Positions 52,296 through 64,000 of a stretch of DNA of 64,000 nucleotides are shown one piece after another. Made by a program: the position numbers and the translations under genes. Below the pieces are notes generated by a model. That model saw nothing but the letters and a program-made list of their open reading frames with translations. It was not told the origin of the DNA and ran no database searches. Origin of the DNA: Lama glama (taxonomy: Eukaryota). Each line of letters begins with the position of its first letter. The stretch's first letter is position 1. Where the stretch lies: assembly GCA_028534125.1 (NCBI GenBank), contig CM052816.1, positions 28,522,001 through 28,586,000 of the forward strand, read 5' to 3'.

Positions 52296-53838
52296 CATAA
52301 TATATCCTTACTTTTATCTCCAAATGTTCCTCTACATTAACCCTTTACCCAACTGTGCCCAACCAGGTCCCTTGTTTCCAAACATTCCCCTGGCATTTAT
52401 GATTTTCTACCTTCTATCTAGCAAATTCTCACCTACATTTTATAGCCAAACTCATTCCATTTTCTTTTATGAACCCTTCTCTGATCATGCTGGGACATCA
52501 TATAACACCATAATATTTTTCTTTTGCTCCTTTGTGGAGTAATGTTCTGTTTCTGTCATCTCTTTTAGAGTCTTATGTTCCAGTGGACATATTCTGCTGT
52601 GCTGTAGTATGTTTGTCTCCTTGTCCAACTGACAAACTTTCTGAGTTCATGGACCATGAGTTTTATTTCATCATCTCTCCCAAGACAGTAAATCTTTCTT
52701 AAATTAACATACTAAGCAGAGCATGTCCATGCTTTCTCCATTGATTGGTAGCCAAATTTTTATTCCAGTTTCTCAGTTCCCAAAACACAAGATTCTGTGT
52801 TGAAGAGAAAACCTGTAACCCCATCACTGTTACAACTAAAGCAATGAACTTGCCTTAACATTTGTCTAGCATGAATCTCTTCCTAGTGTATTATTATTAC
52901 ACTGGACACTCTAAAAGTCGGTGCCACTCTTGTGAGTTTTTACAGGTATAAGATTTGCAAGTTTATAAGAGAAAATAGTTTTAAAAAGCACCTTAACACT
53001 AATGGAGGATAAAGTAAACAGATGATTGAAAATAATGTTTTATGAGTATACACCGGAAAACTCAGCAGATCTAAAAATATTTATAGACATTTATGAACAG
53101 AAATGAAAACAATCAACCTCTAAAAGCAGGATAGTGATGAGAGAGATGTATAGAATGGGTATGTCAAAACAGGAGTGAAATGCATGAATTTCATTTGACC
53201 CAGAGTGAGAAAGAAAAAAATTCAAAAAAGTTGAGGCATCAGAAAGGGGAGCTAAACCAGGGTTTGAGAAGTGGTTGGTGATTCTATTGTCATGTTTGTC
53301 AGGAATCAGTGACGACAGCATTCCAAAAACATTTCCTAGTTTTTCTAACATTACCTAAATTCATTTCACAAAACCTCTACTCAGATAGTTCTGAGAAGTT
53401 TACTTAGTATATCAGACAGTTAATACATAAATTTTGTGTGCCAGAAAGCACCAGAATCACTTAAAAATTTTTTGTGGTGTTGTATAACCATCACCAAAAA
53501 ATGCATAATCCTCCTTTTCATATTACTCTGTTCACCACAAAAATAAAAACTGCTATAGCCTGTATGCCATGCTATACAACACAGACAATAAATCAACAAA
53601 TACTGAACAGCATTTTCTGTTTAGAACTGGGTCCCTTGATTAGTGGTGGAGAAAGTGGGGAGACTGAGGAACAGGAGTTGATCTTTTATATACTTAGAAA
53701 AATACAGACCATTAAAAATCATTTTTCCCTAAATGATTTTGTTTTGGTTTCTTTCCAGAAATATCTTTCCCATAAATTATCTCATATCCTTGATCATAAC
53801 CAATGGCAATGTTCATCTTTGATATAATGCTCTTTGGA

Positions 53839-54010
53839 GCAGTAATTCACCACTAGACTCACAGCCTTACCACCTAGGGAGCTTCTAAAAGTACTGATCC
53901 TTTGGACTCCATTCCAGCCCTATGATCTAGAGTCATCCTGCATGGGGTATGCAGAACTCTGTTTTGAAAACCAACTTATTAGGGTTATGTATTGGCATTT
54001 GCAGTCCCTG
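53839..54010. mobile_element. MER5A-like fragment
   Basis: 'cacctagggagcttctaaaagtactgatcc...ccagccctatgatctagagtc'. Confidence 0.5.
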
Positions 54011-55321
54011 CTATTGCTATAGAACTCCTGGTTCCATTTGTATCCATTTTTCTGGATTCTACAGGTGTCCTAAAAGATGACTGCTTTGCAAAGAAGTAAT
54101 TACTTCACAGCACAAAGCCTGTAATCACTTGCATTAGCAACCACAGAAACAATAGAGGGTCCCAGCGCATTCTTTTAAACTAAAGCTTGGGTCATATCAT
54201 GTTAGAAATATACCCTGCAATCATATGAAACTCCTATGACTCTCATACATTTTGCAGCTTCATGCAACAGGCATGTTGAACTTGAATGGAAATGGGTTCA
54301 AAGAAAAATGGACCTGGACAAGACAGGGCCTACCACTGGTCTATAGCCACCCTCCTCCCAAGTATATATTTTTAAGTTAAGAGCCAGTACTACCACCCTG
54401 TAGACACAAGAGTACCATTACAGGCTTACAAGGCATGCAAGAGCTATTCAACTTAGGACAACAGATTTATTCCTCTACACCAGTTTATAAGATACGGTAA
54501 GCATGAAAGCATAACACTCACTGATCTGATAAGCATGAAAGACCAAACACAAAATGCCGAAAAGCTGTTTACTTAGAAATTATGCAGCAACTGAGTACAC
54601 CTTAGCAACAGAAAGGGAAAAAACAGAAAAACAAAAAAACAATTGGTGAACTATACAAAAAAAAATTTTTTTAACCAATTTGAGAGTAATATATCAAAGC
54701 ATGATACTGACTACATTAGGGAATAAATACTTTTCTGACTGAATTCATAGAGAATTGCTTCTAGAATATATATATGAAGCAATTCAGGAAACAACAACTA
54801 TTGCTTCCCAGGAAAAGGAGTGACAGACAGGGAGAAAGAGACAGAAAAGAGTCTTATTATAAAGTGAATGCCCTTTTAAAACTTAAATTTTTTCAGAATT
54901 TACAGATGTAAACTATTCAAAAATTAATCAATTTGAAAATCAGGGATGAGTGCTTGAATTTCTCACTTCGTTTTTAATACATGGATATAATCATATTCTG
55001 AAATCAGTGATCAAAAATATTTCCATCAGCCACTGGCATATCTCAGCAAAAGACACTGTTCTAAATGGCTCTAGGGCCAAGAAATTCTAGACCATTGGTG
55101 AAAACAAACACTAAAAGAAAATATATAAAACTCAACAGGATACAAAAGCACATGTCAGCCAAGTTACTGTTTTGGTACCATCCACTGAAATGGGAAGGAG
55201 AATCACGCACTTGGATTAATCATGCCATGTTTATACATTTAAGCCAGAATATGCCAGGATCCACATGTGAATAGGCTAAATCAGTCCTGTAAAGATCGGG
55301 GGGGGGGGGGGGCGGGGGGGG

Positions 55322-55421
55322 NNNNNNNNNNNNNNNNNNNNNNNNNNNNNNNNNNNNNNNNNNNNNNNNNNNNNNNNNNNNNNNNNNNNNNNNNNNNNNN
55401 NNNNNNNNNNNNNNNNNNNNN
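55322..55421. other. Assembly gap (100 N)
   Basis: Run of 100 N, preceded by a G-run and followed by a T-run. Confidence 1.
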
Positions 55422-56607
55422 TTTTTTTGCAGAAAACACTCTTCCTTTCTCCATCCTACAAATCCTTAAGTAGACAGTATTACTTTGTTTTTATTGTATG
55501 GGTAAGACGAGAGTTTTGCTAGAGGTTTTGCTCATAGGAAATAAAAGAGAGAGGATAAGAGTTCAGCTTTATTTCAAACACCTATGACCTTTCCAGATCA
55601 CATTTTGAGGAAGTAGAAACCTCATCAAACAGAGGAGAACAAGTTCGTTTTGAAACTACTAGTTTTGAAACGATACTCCACATTTAGGGCAAATTAATCA
55701 GATTAACAAGTCTGAAGGGGCTAATTTCTACTTAAGAAACATGAAGAGTATAGAACCTCAAGATGCCCTTTCATCTAAATGATGTGTAATTACACCAATT
55801 TACTGCTTTACTTTTCAAGGTTATACCCGACTTGAATATTTTAAATCCTTTTTTTCCCAGTTAACATTTATTATATCACACATGGAGACACTGAAAAGCT
55901 CAAGCTCAGCAAGGGTTTCAGCCCAAGTATGAATACAGGCATATAAATGGATCACTAGCTCCTCTCAAACTGCTATAACCCTTTATGCCACTGCCTCCAT
56001 TTGCACCTTTCAGTCGTGGTTACTAACACAAGCTGCTAACATGCTGTATGTTATTTGTACTATAAGGAGCTATTGTCCAAAAATAACCCAAAACCAAAAA
56101 TTACCAAAGTAGCAAAGGAAGCCTGCATATTTTGTTGACGTCATAATTGAGCTTGTATCATTAATATTAAGCAAGAAATCAAGTTCCTTGAAAAAATTAT
56201 GTAAGAAAAATTGGAAGATATTGACATTTAGTATCATTTGATAAAGGGATTTAGGACATGAGTTAAAAAAATTATTACCCAATTATCTCCCAGAATATGA
56301 CAAATCTTTACTTAAAGTAATAGATAAGCAAAATCATATTCAAAGTTATGTATGGAACTAACATTAGAGTCTATTGATAAGGTATCTGTTTGGTTTCAAA
56401 ATTTCCTACAGCAAAAACACAAAAGTAGAGGTCCTGTCTTGTTTCTAATTCTTCCAAATGTTTGTTATCTTTGCACAAGCACGTATTGTTTACATAAAGA
56501 AATAACTGACCTCCAAGTCTTTACACCAATTTACTTCTTAATGGTCTTTTAACCTTTAGGTTGATAAGATCTTAGTGTCTTTATTCTGTTTCGTGGAAGA
56601 ATGGATT

Positions 56608-56746
56608 TTTAAATTTTATTATATTTTCAGCTTTATTGAGGTATAATTGACAAATAAAACTGTAACATATTTAAAGTGTACAATATGATGACGTGATAAA
56701 TGTATACACTGTGAAAGGAGTCCCACAATCAAGTTAATTGACACTG
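56608..56746 (-). mobile_element. Short L1MA-like 3' tail with 10-bp TSD
   Basis: 'cagctttattgaggtataattgacaaataaaa...atttaaagtgtacaa' flanked by agaatggatt at 56598-56607 and 56747-56756. Confidence 0.88.
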
Positions 56747-57254
56747 AGAATGGATTACTTTAAACAATAGTTCTTTAAACTTCTTTTTAAAAATTATATA
56801 ACATCCAAAAAACATGTAATGATTAGATACTCCTGAATATGGTAAAACGCTTCAATTCTAATGAAAAGCTCCCATATTTTATAGTAGAAATTTTAAAACT
56901 CTAACCAAACCCTATGCCTTCTCCCTACTGAATTTGAAATGTTTTCTAATATTAACAGGTTTCAAGTAGAATGAGTTCCAAAATGATTCTTCAAAAGGAC
57001 TCATGTACAAGAATTCTAACTTTGAAAAACATGTTAGCTCAAGGAATGCTAAAGAATTTCAAATTGTCAATAACCTAATTATCAGATATGGTCCATATTT
57101 CTTTTACCAAGTATTTAATGAACTGAAATGTAATTATATATTACAATCCTTATTCATGCATGCAAAAGAAGCCACAGGAATTATAATTATCTATGTTCAA
57201 ATCCTTTATTTTGCATGAAAAATTAGTCTAGAACTGCCAGGGATTTGCCCAAAG

Positions 57255-58497
57255 TATTGGTCTTGGCAATGATTTTCTTAGATCAGACTTCTGGATCAAA
57301 AGCACAGGCAACAAAAGCAGAAATAAGCAAGTGGGTCTGTATCAAACTAAAAAGTTTCTGCATAGCAAAGAAAACAATCAACAAAATGTAGAGGCAATAT
57401 ATAGAATACAAGAAAATATTGGCAAAACATATATCTAATTAGGGTAAATATCCAAAATATGTAAGGAGCTCATATAACTCAATAGCATAAAAAAAAGAAA
57501 ACTTGACTTTAAAATGGGCAAAGTACCTAGACAGACATTTTTTCAAAGACACAAATGGCCAACAGGTACATGAAAAGACGGTCAAAATCACTAATCATCA
57601 GGGAAAAGCAAAGCAAAACCGCAAGACAAATCACCTCATGCCTGTTAGGATGGCTATTATCAAAAAGTCAAAAAATAGTAAGTGTTGATGAGGATGTGGA
57701 GGAAAGGAAGCCCTTGTAAAAATGTAAATTGGTACAGCTATTATAGATGATAGTACAGAAATTTTTCAGAAAAATAAAAATAGAACTACTATTTGATCTA
57801 ACAATTTCACTTCTAGATACATATCCAAAGGAAATAAAATCACTACCTTGAATAGATATTTATACTCCCATATTCATTACAACATTTTCACAGTAATCAA
57901 GATACATGGAAACATGCTAAGAACCCATTGACAGATGAATGGATAAAGAATATATATATTTAGCCTTAAAAAGAAGGAAAAGGGAAAAAAAGGAAGAAAA
58001 AAAAGGAAATTCTGTTCTGCCATTTATAACAGGGATAAGCCCAGAGGACATGATTCTAAGTGAAATAAACCAAAACAGAAAAACAAACAGTGCATAATCT
58101 TACATATATATAAAATCAAAAAAAAAAAAAAACAAAACGTCAAACTCATAGTAAGAGGATGGTAAAAGGTTAACCAGGGCTGGGGATTGAGAAAAGGGGA
58201 GATGTGGTCAGACGGTACAAACTTCTACTTTTAAGATAAATAAGCTCTGGAAACCTACTGGATAGCATAGTGACGACAGTTAACAATAATGTCCTATATA
58301 CTTCAAATCTGCTGAGAAAGTAGATCTCAAGTGTCCTCACCACACAGAGAAAGGAGTAACTATGTGAGGTGATGTATATGTTAATTATTTCATGGCGGTA
58401 ATCATTTCACAAAACATACATACATCAAAACATCACACTGTACACCTTAAATATATACAATGTTTAGTTGTCAATAATACCTCAATCCACCTGGGGG
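57255..58497 (+). mobile_element. L1MA-like element (ORF2 C-terminus + 3' UTR)
   Basis: Translations KWAKYLDRHF and HLMPVRMAIIKKSKNSKC; 'acagatgaatggataaagaa', 'gtaactatgtgaggtgatg'. Confidence 0.92.
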
Positions 58498-59204
58498 TAC
58501 AAAAGCTAACAAATTATTTGAACCTAGGTCTCCTAAAGTCCATATATCAAGTCCATATATCTTTCCATCACTTCAGTGCATGTTCATCTAATTTTATTAG
58601 TAAAACTAATCTAAAGCAATTTAAAAAAGAACACAGATACAATCAAATCAAATGTCATGTAAGCAGAATAAAAATATAAAGAGGAAGTGGAAATTATCTA
58701 TGTATTATACAGATATATGCATGTATATCCACACCTAAGGAGACTCTAGATAACCTGTTTATCCAGGTTATTCTTTTTGGCCTTCAAAAGACAGTCTTTT
58801 CTGTATGTTATGGGAGGAGACAGAAAAAAATGGGAGTTAAGAAACAGTTCTATTTTACGCCATTTAAACTGTGAATTTTCCATTTCATAAACTCTGAGTC
58901 TTACAATATTGGTGAAATTCTGGAGATTATATTCAAAGAATATGACTTGGCTGACATAGAATCCCTGCCCATGGAAAAGAGCTCACCATTTACAAAAATC
59001 ATTTTTTCTAGATGAGAAAATAGTTATGACAATGGTCAGAACAATATTTCTTAAACTAAAATCTTGTTCTACCACATAGGAAATAAAAATGACTGGGAAA
59101 CTCAAACCAAAAAAAAAAAAAAAAACCTTAAAAGTTTACTTAACAGATTAAATCTATAATTTAGGGAAAAAAAACAGCAAGTTACTCATTTTATAAATAA
59201 GCCC

Positions 59205-59583
59205 TGTTATGAGTAATTTTGGGCTGAAGGTCTGTGTCTCTCCAAAATTCATATGTTAAAACTTAACTCTCCACTATGATGGTATTTGGAGGTGGAGCCT
59301 TTGGGAAGTAAGGAGGTTTAGATGAGGTGATTACTTTGAATCCCCCAGGATGATTTAGTGTCCTTATACAAAGAGGAAGAGAGAACAAAATTCTTTATCT
59401 TCTCCAAGAGGGGGCTCCGCAAGAAGGTACCACTTGCAAACCCCCAAAAAGGTCTTTACCAAAACCAAAATCTGCCAACCTGATCTTGGACTTCTCAGCC
59501 TCCAGAACTATGAAAAGTAAATCCCTGCTGTTTAAGCTACCCAGTCTATGGTACTGTTACGGCAGATGGAGTTGACTTCTACA
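59205..59583 (+). mobile_element. MLT1A-like MaLR solo LTR
   Basis: TG...CA ends; 'ccaaaattcatatgtt...gtatttggaggtggagcctttggg', 'tgatcttggacttctcagcctccagaac', 'tgtttaagctacccagtctatggta'. Confidence 0.85.
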
Positions 59584-62500
59584 GGCCAACACAGTGTTTC
59601 CCAAAATTGACTTACTTGTAACAGTGGACAAGTCTTTTCAAATAAATCTGGTATGATGCCTCTGAGATGAAAGGGCTTGTCAGAAGATGGGAAATCTGGA
59701 GCAGAGATATTGTTTGGAGAGAAGGGACCACCAACTCTGCTTTACCTTGAATGAGAGTATCACATTGTGAATGCTGAATTCGCTACAAATAAATGAATGA
59801 ATGCTATACACTGACAAAGATTCTCTTGAAAGAGTGCACAGGGATTAGTAGCATAAACCTCTCAAATTGGGAATATAAATCTGCATAAGAAAAGGGCAGT
59901 GACTCAGCAAGAATTGGGTTTTATTCTCTGTTTTGGCACAGTCCTCCCTATGGTGCATCACCATCATGAGTTCCCCTTAGCAGAACTCTAAAGTAAGAAA
60001 TAAATGCTTCATCTGTCTCTGTTGCATTTGGCCACCTTTTTTGTGTGAGTATTGCCATCTTAGCTAAACTCATGAGGAAATTATGTCAGGTATTTGCATT
60101 ATGTTCCTTTTTTCTAATTCCAACCTAACCCACAATTTTTCATGTTACCACTATATTATACTAGTAACGGTAACGTTGCTCTGGATGAGCTGAGTTGGGA
60201 AGGCTGAATCTAGGCTGTTGTGGGGCATCCATGAAATGGCATATGTGAAACAACTAACATGAGATCTAATAACATAGTCCTTACTGAAATGCTAGCTCTT
60301 ATTTGTAACCATCCAATCTCGTCCCCATTCACGAAATAGAATTACCTCTCAGACTGAAGCCAAGCTGCAATTTGAATAGTATTATCACCTTTCCCCTTAT
60401 ACCTGAACTCCTATATTACTATTTCACTGGATCATGTCCTAACTGAGCTAATATTAATGAAGCAATTCAGTTCTTTAATATTCTGTTTTATTTTAAAAAA
60501 ATTGCACATTCTATATGTCGACAACTGAATTTTTAAAATATGAATTGAATATCTGAAATTCTATGTTTAATTTTCTAGTAATTTCTGCCCATAGTGCCAG
60601 ACTATCAAGATTGTATAAATGCTGAATTTGGCACAAACAAATAAGCAAAAAAAAACACTATACATTTATAAACATTCTCTTGAAAGTGTACACAGACACT
60701 AGTGACATGAAGCCTCCCACAGTGGGAATTTGCAAGGAGAACCTACAAAGTCATGTCTGGAGGTCCTGCCTATCCACCCGGCCTCTTCCAGAAACAGCAT
60801 TAAAGAAACATGATGTTGAAAATTAGACCTTAAACTTCAGTGTGTTTTCTATCCCCTCTCAATTGTGTGACATCTGTAAACTTATTATTCTTTCTATCGA
60901 TTTAACCAATTTAATGGGAAGATATTGAAAAGAGACAAAACAAAACAGAGAACTTTCTGGAATGCTGGTAGAGAAGGCCTTGCTTGTTAGACTCAACAAG
61001 TAGACAAATAGAACACTGAATTCCTATTGTGTGACTTGTTAGAAATTTCCATTTCATTTATTGAAAGACTGCTATTAATTAACATGATTCGAGCATGATC
61101 ATTTCACTGGTAAATACTATCGCAAGTTGTTACTGACTGTGGTACAGAGAAGTGAGAAAAATAAAACACTGATCAGAAGCACTGCAGGAATGAAGGACAA
61201 TGATGACATCTGTAAATGTTAGTAAATGGTTACTGTTTGCCTTTAAACATAGTAAGAGAGTTCTAATTCTTGGAAACAAGTTCACCAGTTGCTGTGGGTA
61301 TGGCCTTAAAATCTCTGTAAAGGAATGTGAAAATAGAAGATTATGATGATCTGATGATCTTGCAAATACCTTGTGAAGACAATGGAGTAGGATTTCCATC
61401 TTGAAAATTAAGAGACTAAATGATAAAAAAAAGAGAGAGAGAGAGAAATCATCTCTACATTAAAACCAAAAACTGCCAAAACCCAGGCCTGCATGAATTA
61501 TTATTCAGAGTGATTATGTGTTTGAAAAACTGTGAGCTATAATTCAAAGCATCTCTTCTTCCTGATTTTGGGAATGGTCCTTCTTACATAACAGACACTA
61601 TGAGACACCCTTGCAAAATGCCTTACTAAAATCAAGTTATAACACAGAGGAAGCAGTATCTAATTTACTATTTAGTCATCCCATGAAAATATTAAATGAG
61701 TATGATGAGATTGGGTCTTAGGGAATATACACTATATTCTGGTCACCATTGCTCTTTTGAATTTCCTCAGATTATGATTTAATGACAAATCTATGTAGAA
61801 TTTTGCAAGAATAATGATGTGTATGTACCTTGTAGGATATTTTTCACTGAAGAGAAGAAAATGATTTATCACTTATTTATCAGTGATCTCCTTCATTCTT
61901 TGTGTTATCTGAGTGTTGTGGAAATAGCATTAAAACTAAGGCACAAAAACTGGATTATATCTTTAGGTATACTGCCTAGCCAAATTTGTCTTGGACAAAC
62001 CAGTTAATATCTCTGGACTATCTGTAAAAACGAGAGAAGTAGCTGAGTTCTGAGTTATCTGGTCCATTCTCTTAACTGTATGATCCCAGAGGGCTGAAGT
62101 ATTTAGTTAAGATCATGAAGATGGTTAGTTGAGGAGGCAGGCTCAATACTCAAATCTCCTCATTTGAATTCGAATCTTTCTTTCATCATCAACATGCAGT
62201 GGATGACTCTAAAAATCAATAGGAAATGAGTGCTAGAGAACTTCCCAAGGTATAGCATGCTATGGAAATAAAACTGTAATCATGATGATATTTTCTTAAT
62301 GATTCTTCTGCAAAGTTTACAATATAGTAAGATGCAATTTGTCTAAGCTTAAAAGTTGTAGAATAAATTTGCATATGATTTATTTCCACAAGTATGGTCC
62401 AAGATCAAGAAAAAGGGTTAGTTTTGTATGTAAAAATATTAGGTTTTGAGTGATAAGAATTTCTAAAAACTCTTTCCAAATTAAAAAAAAAAGCATCAAT

Positions 62501-62696
62501 TTTGTAGGACAAGATAGGAATAATCCATATGCAATCCAAAAACATATTCCTCATTTTCAAGTTTACTTTAAGTGATATAAATGACATAGCTTCTAAATCA
62601 TAAAAAGATAAATATTGTGTTTCACTACAATTTCCATTTGACTTCAGCCATATTACAAATGGCAACATGACTGCCCAAAAGAATACATACACCTAC

Positions 62697-62799
62697 TGGT
62701 TTGGTTATAATTCTTCTGTACTTTGCAGGTCATTTTAATGTTGTATCCAGTGACCATCAGTAAGAAAGAATAAAGCATCTAGTTTCCCAGTACAGTCAC
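62697..62799 (-). other. Candidate non-coding exon (~103-109 nt)
   Basis: Acceptor tctcattgtattgcttcAG|G; three overlapping moderate donors (CCA|GTAGGT, TAG|GTGTAT, GGT|GTATGT); unique sequence. Confidence 0.3.
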
Positions 62800-62949
62800 C
62801 TGAAGCAATACAATGAGACTGAGAAATGAAGTATTTACTATTAGTTCCCACTGACAACATCTGTAGCCCTGTCAATGAAAGGTTTTTGAAAGACACAAAC
62901 TGAATTCCAAACCAGTATAAAATTCAGAGATTCACTTTCTCTTATCAAA

Positions 62950-63170
62950 ATGGTCTACCTATTGTACAGCCTGCAGCTACTGTGAAAGCCACATGTCACT
63001 TTTAGTCTCCAGGTGTCACAGGAGACTGTAAATTGGGATCTGAGAGGATGTCTGAGACTCATTTTTGTTTGTGGCTCCATCAGCAGAGAATTCTCCTCTG
63101 GTCCTGCATGAGTGGATAAATCCATAAGATGCTTTGGTCATCCTGCCCTGAGCTCCCAGTGGACATATTC
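62950..63170 (+). mobile_element. Possible L3/CR1 fragment
   Basis: 'gactcatttttgtttgtggctccatcagcagag', 'tgagctcccagtggacatattc'. Confidence 0.35.
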
Positions 63171-63844
63171 ATTCATCCAACCAAACAGTACATGCTTACT
63201 AAACAGGTAAGACATGATGCTAACACAAGAGAACTGGTTCCACCAAGTCAGAGAACTCACTACTATCTTCCCTCTGCTGAGCCAAGCAACCTTTCCAGTG
63301 TGTCTCCTGTCTCCTCCACACTCCTGCACGGACACTGGCTCCACATCAACAGGAATTTCCCTTACATATTTATTATCTCCTACTCTCACATGAATGCACA
63401 GGTCTTACTTTTGACCAAAGGAAGCACTGGCTGTTGGTAGAAAATTCTTGGATTTAACACACAGTAACATTTGCTACAGCTTAACTTTCATTTTGACTTA
63501 TTTCCAGTACGCAGAGGAAGCTAACATGCATGGTCAGGCACTGGTGATGTAACAGGCTGTGCTGGGAGAACAGCTAGTTAGCCAGAGAGCCCGCATGTTA
63601 AACCAAGTTCATCTGACTCTGAGTCAAATTTTAATTCAGCTTCCCTGAATGAACACAGTATTAAGGATTGGTGCAGAGCAACAAAGTTATTGAAGTAATC
63701 AGGGCATCTGCCAGCTTCTGACCTTTCCTCCTTTAGGCTACACACGTTTAAAAAAAAAAAAAAACTTAAAAAAGAAGAAAAAAAGGAATGAGGGTGAAAA
63801 AAGAAAGAGGAATAATAATGAAGGAAACATCTGTGTTCATCTAC

Positions 63845-63990
63845 CATGCTGGGTACTTACACAAATATTAACTCAGCTAATCCTCTTAATACTGTTTCTA
63901 TTTTCATTGATGGAGAAGTCACCCTCTGAATAGCAGCACCAGGATTTAAATCCATGCCCGTTTGACTCAGAGGTGATACGTTTTCAAACA
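63845..63990 (-). mobile_element. MIR fragment
   Basis: 'attaactcagctaatcctc...ccaggatttaaatccatgcccgtttgactcagag'. Confidence 0.6.
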
Positions 63991-64000
63991 CCTTTGTTGC

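Noticed and set aside
51970..52542. Longest ORF (190 aa)
   Set aside because: Spans an LTR16-like element and an L2 remnant; F/I/S-rich composition and no recognisable domain
54752..54785. 10-bp inverted repeat (gaattgcttc/gaagcaattc) hairpin
   Set aside because: Too short for a pre-miRNA and lies in a probable L1 remnant
57503..57688. 61-aa ORF
   Set aside because: Decayed L1 ORF2 fragment
1..64000. CRISPR arrays, operons, prophage, defence systems, intact ERV or full-length L1
   Set aside because: No regularly spaced repeat-spacer arrays, long ORFs or paired LTRs; the sequence is mammalian non-coding DNA with only truncated repeats

Overview
This is AT-rich mammalian genomic DNA, not microbial. 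It is most likely camelid (alpaca/camel lineage), judged from a tRNA-Ala-derived Vic-1-like SINE, cetartiodactyl-type L1 3' tails, and no recognisable Alu, B1, Bov-B/Bov-tA or PRE elements. I find no credible protein-coding gene: the listed ORFs are short and either fall in decayed repeats or look random. The window reads as a long intron or multi-exon 5' UTR region, probably of a minus-strand gene. It is packed with ancient repeats (MIR, L2, L3/CR1, L1M/HAL1, MLT1/MLT2/LTR16/LTR33, MER63, MER5/Charlie- and Tigger-type MITEs) and has one 100-N assembly gap. The best non-repeat signals are a 155-nt minus-strand candidate exon (10654-10808), a candidate alternative promoter/first exon about 1.6 kb upstream of it, a second candidate exon near 62.7 kb, and an L1 tail flanked by an unusually long (~45 bp) duplication. 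I see no evidence of a novel multi-gene system. Repeat subfamily names are by-eye matches to remembered consensus sequences, and most boundaries are approximate.
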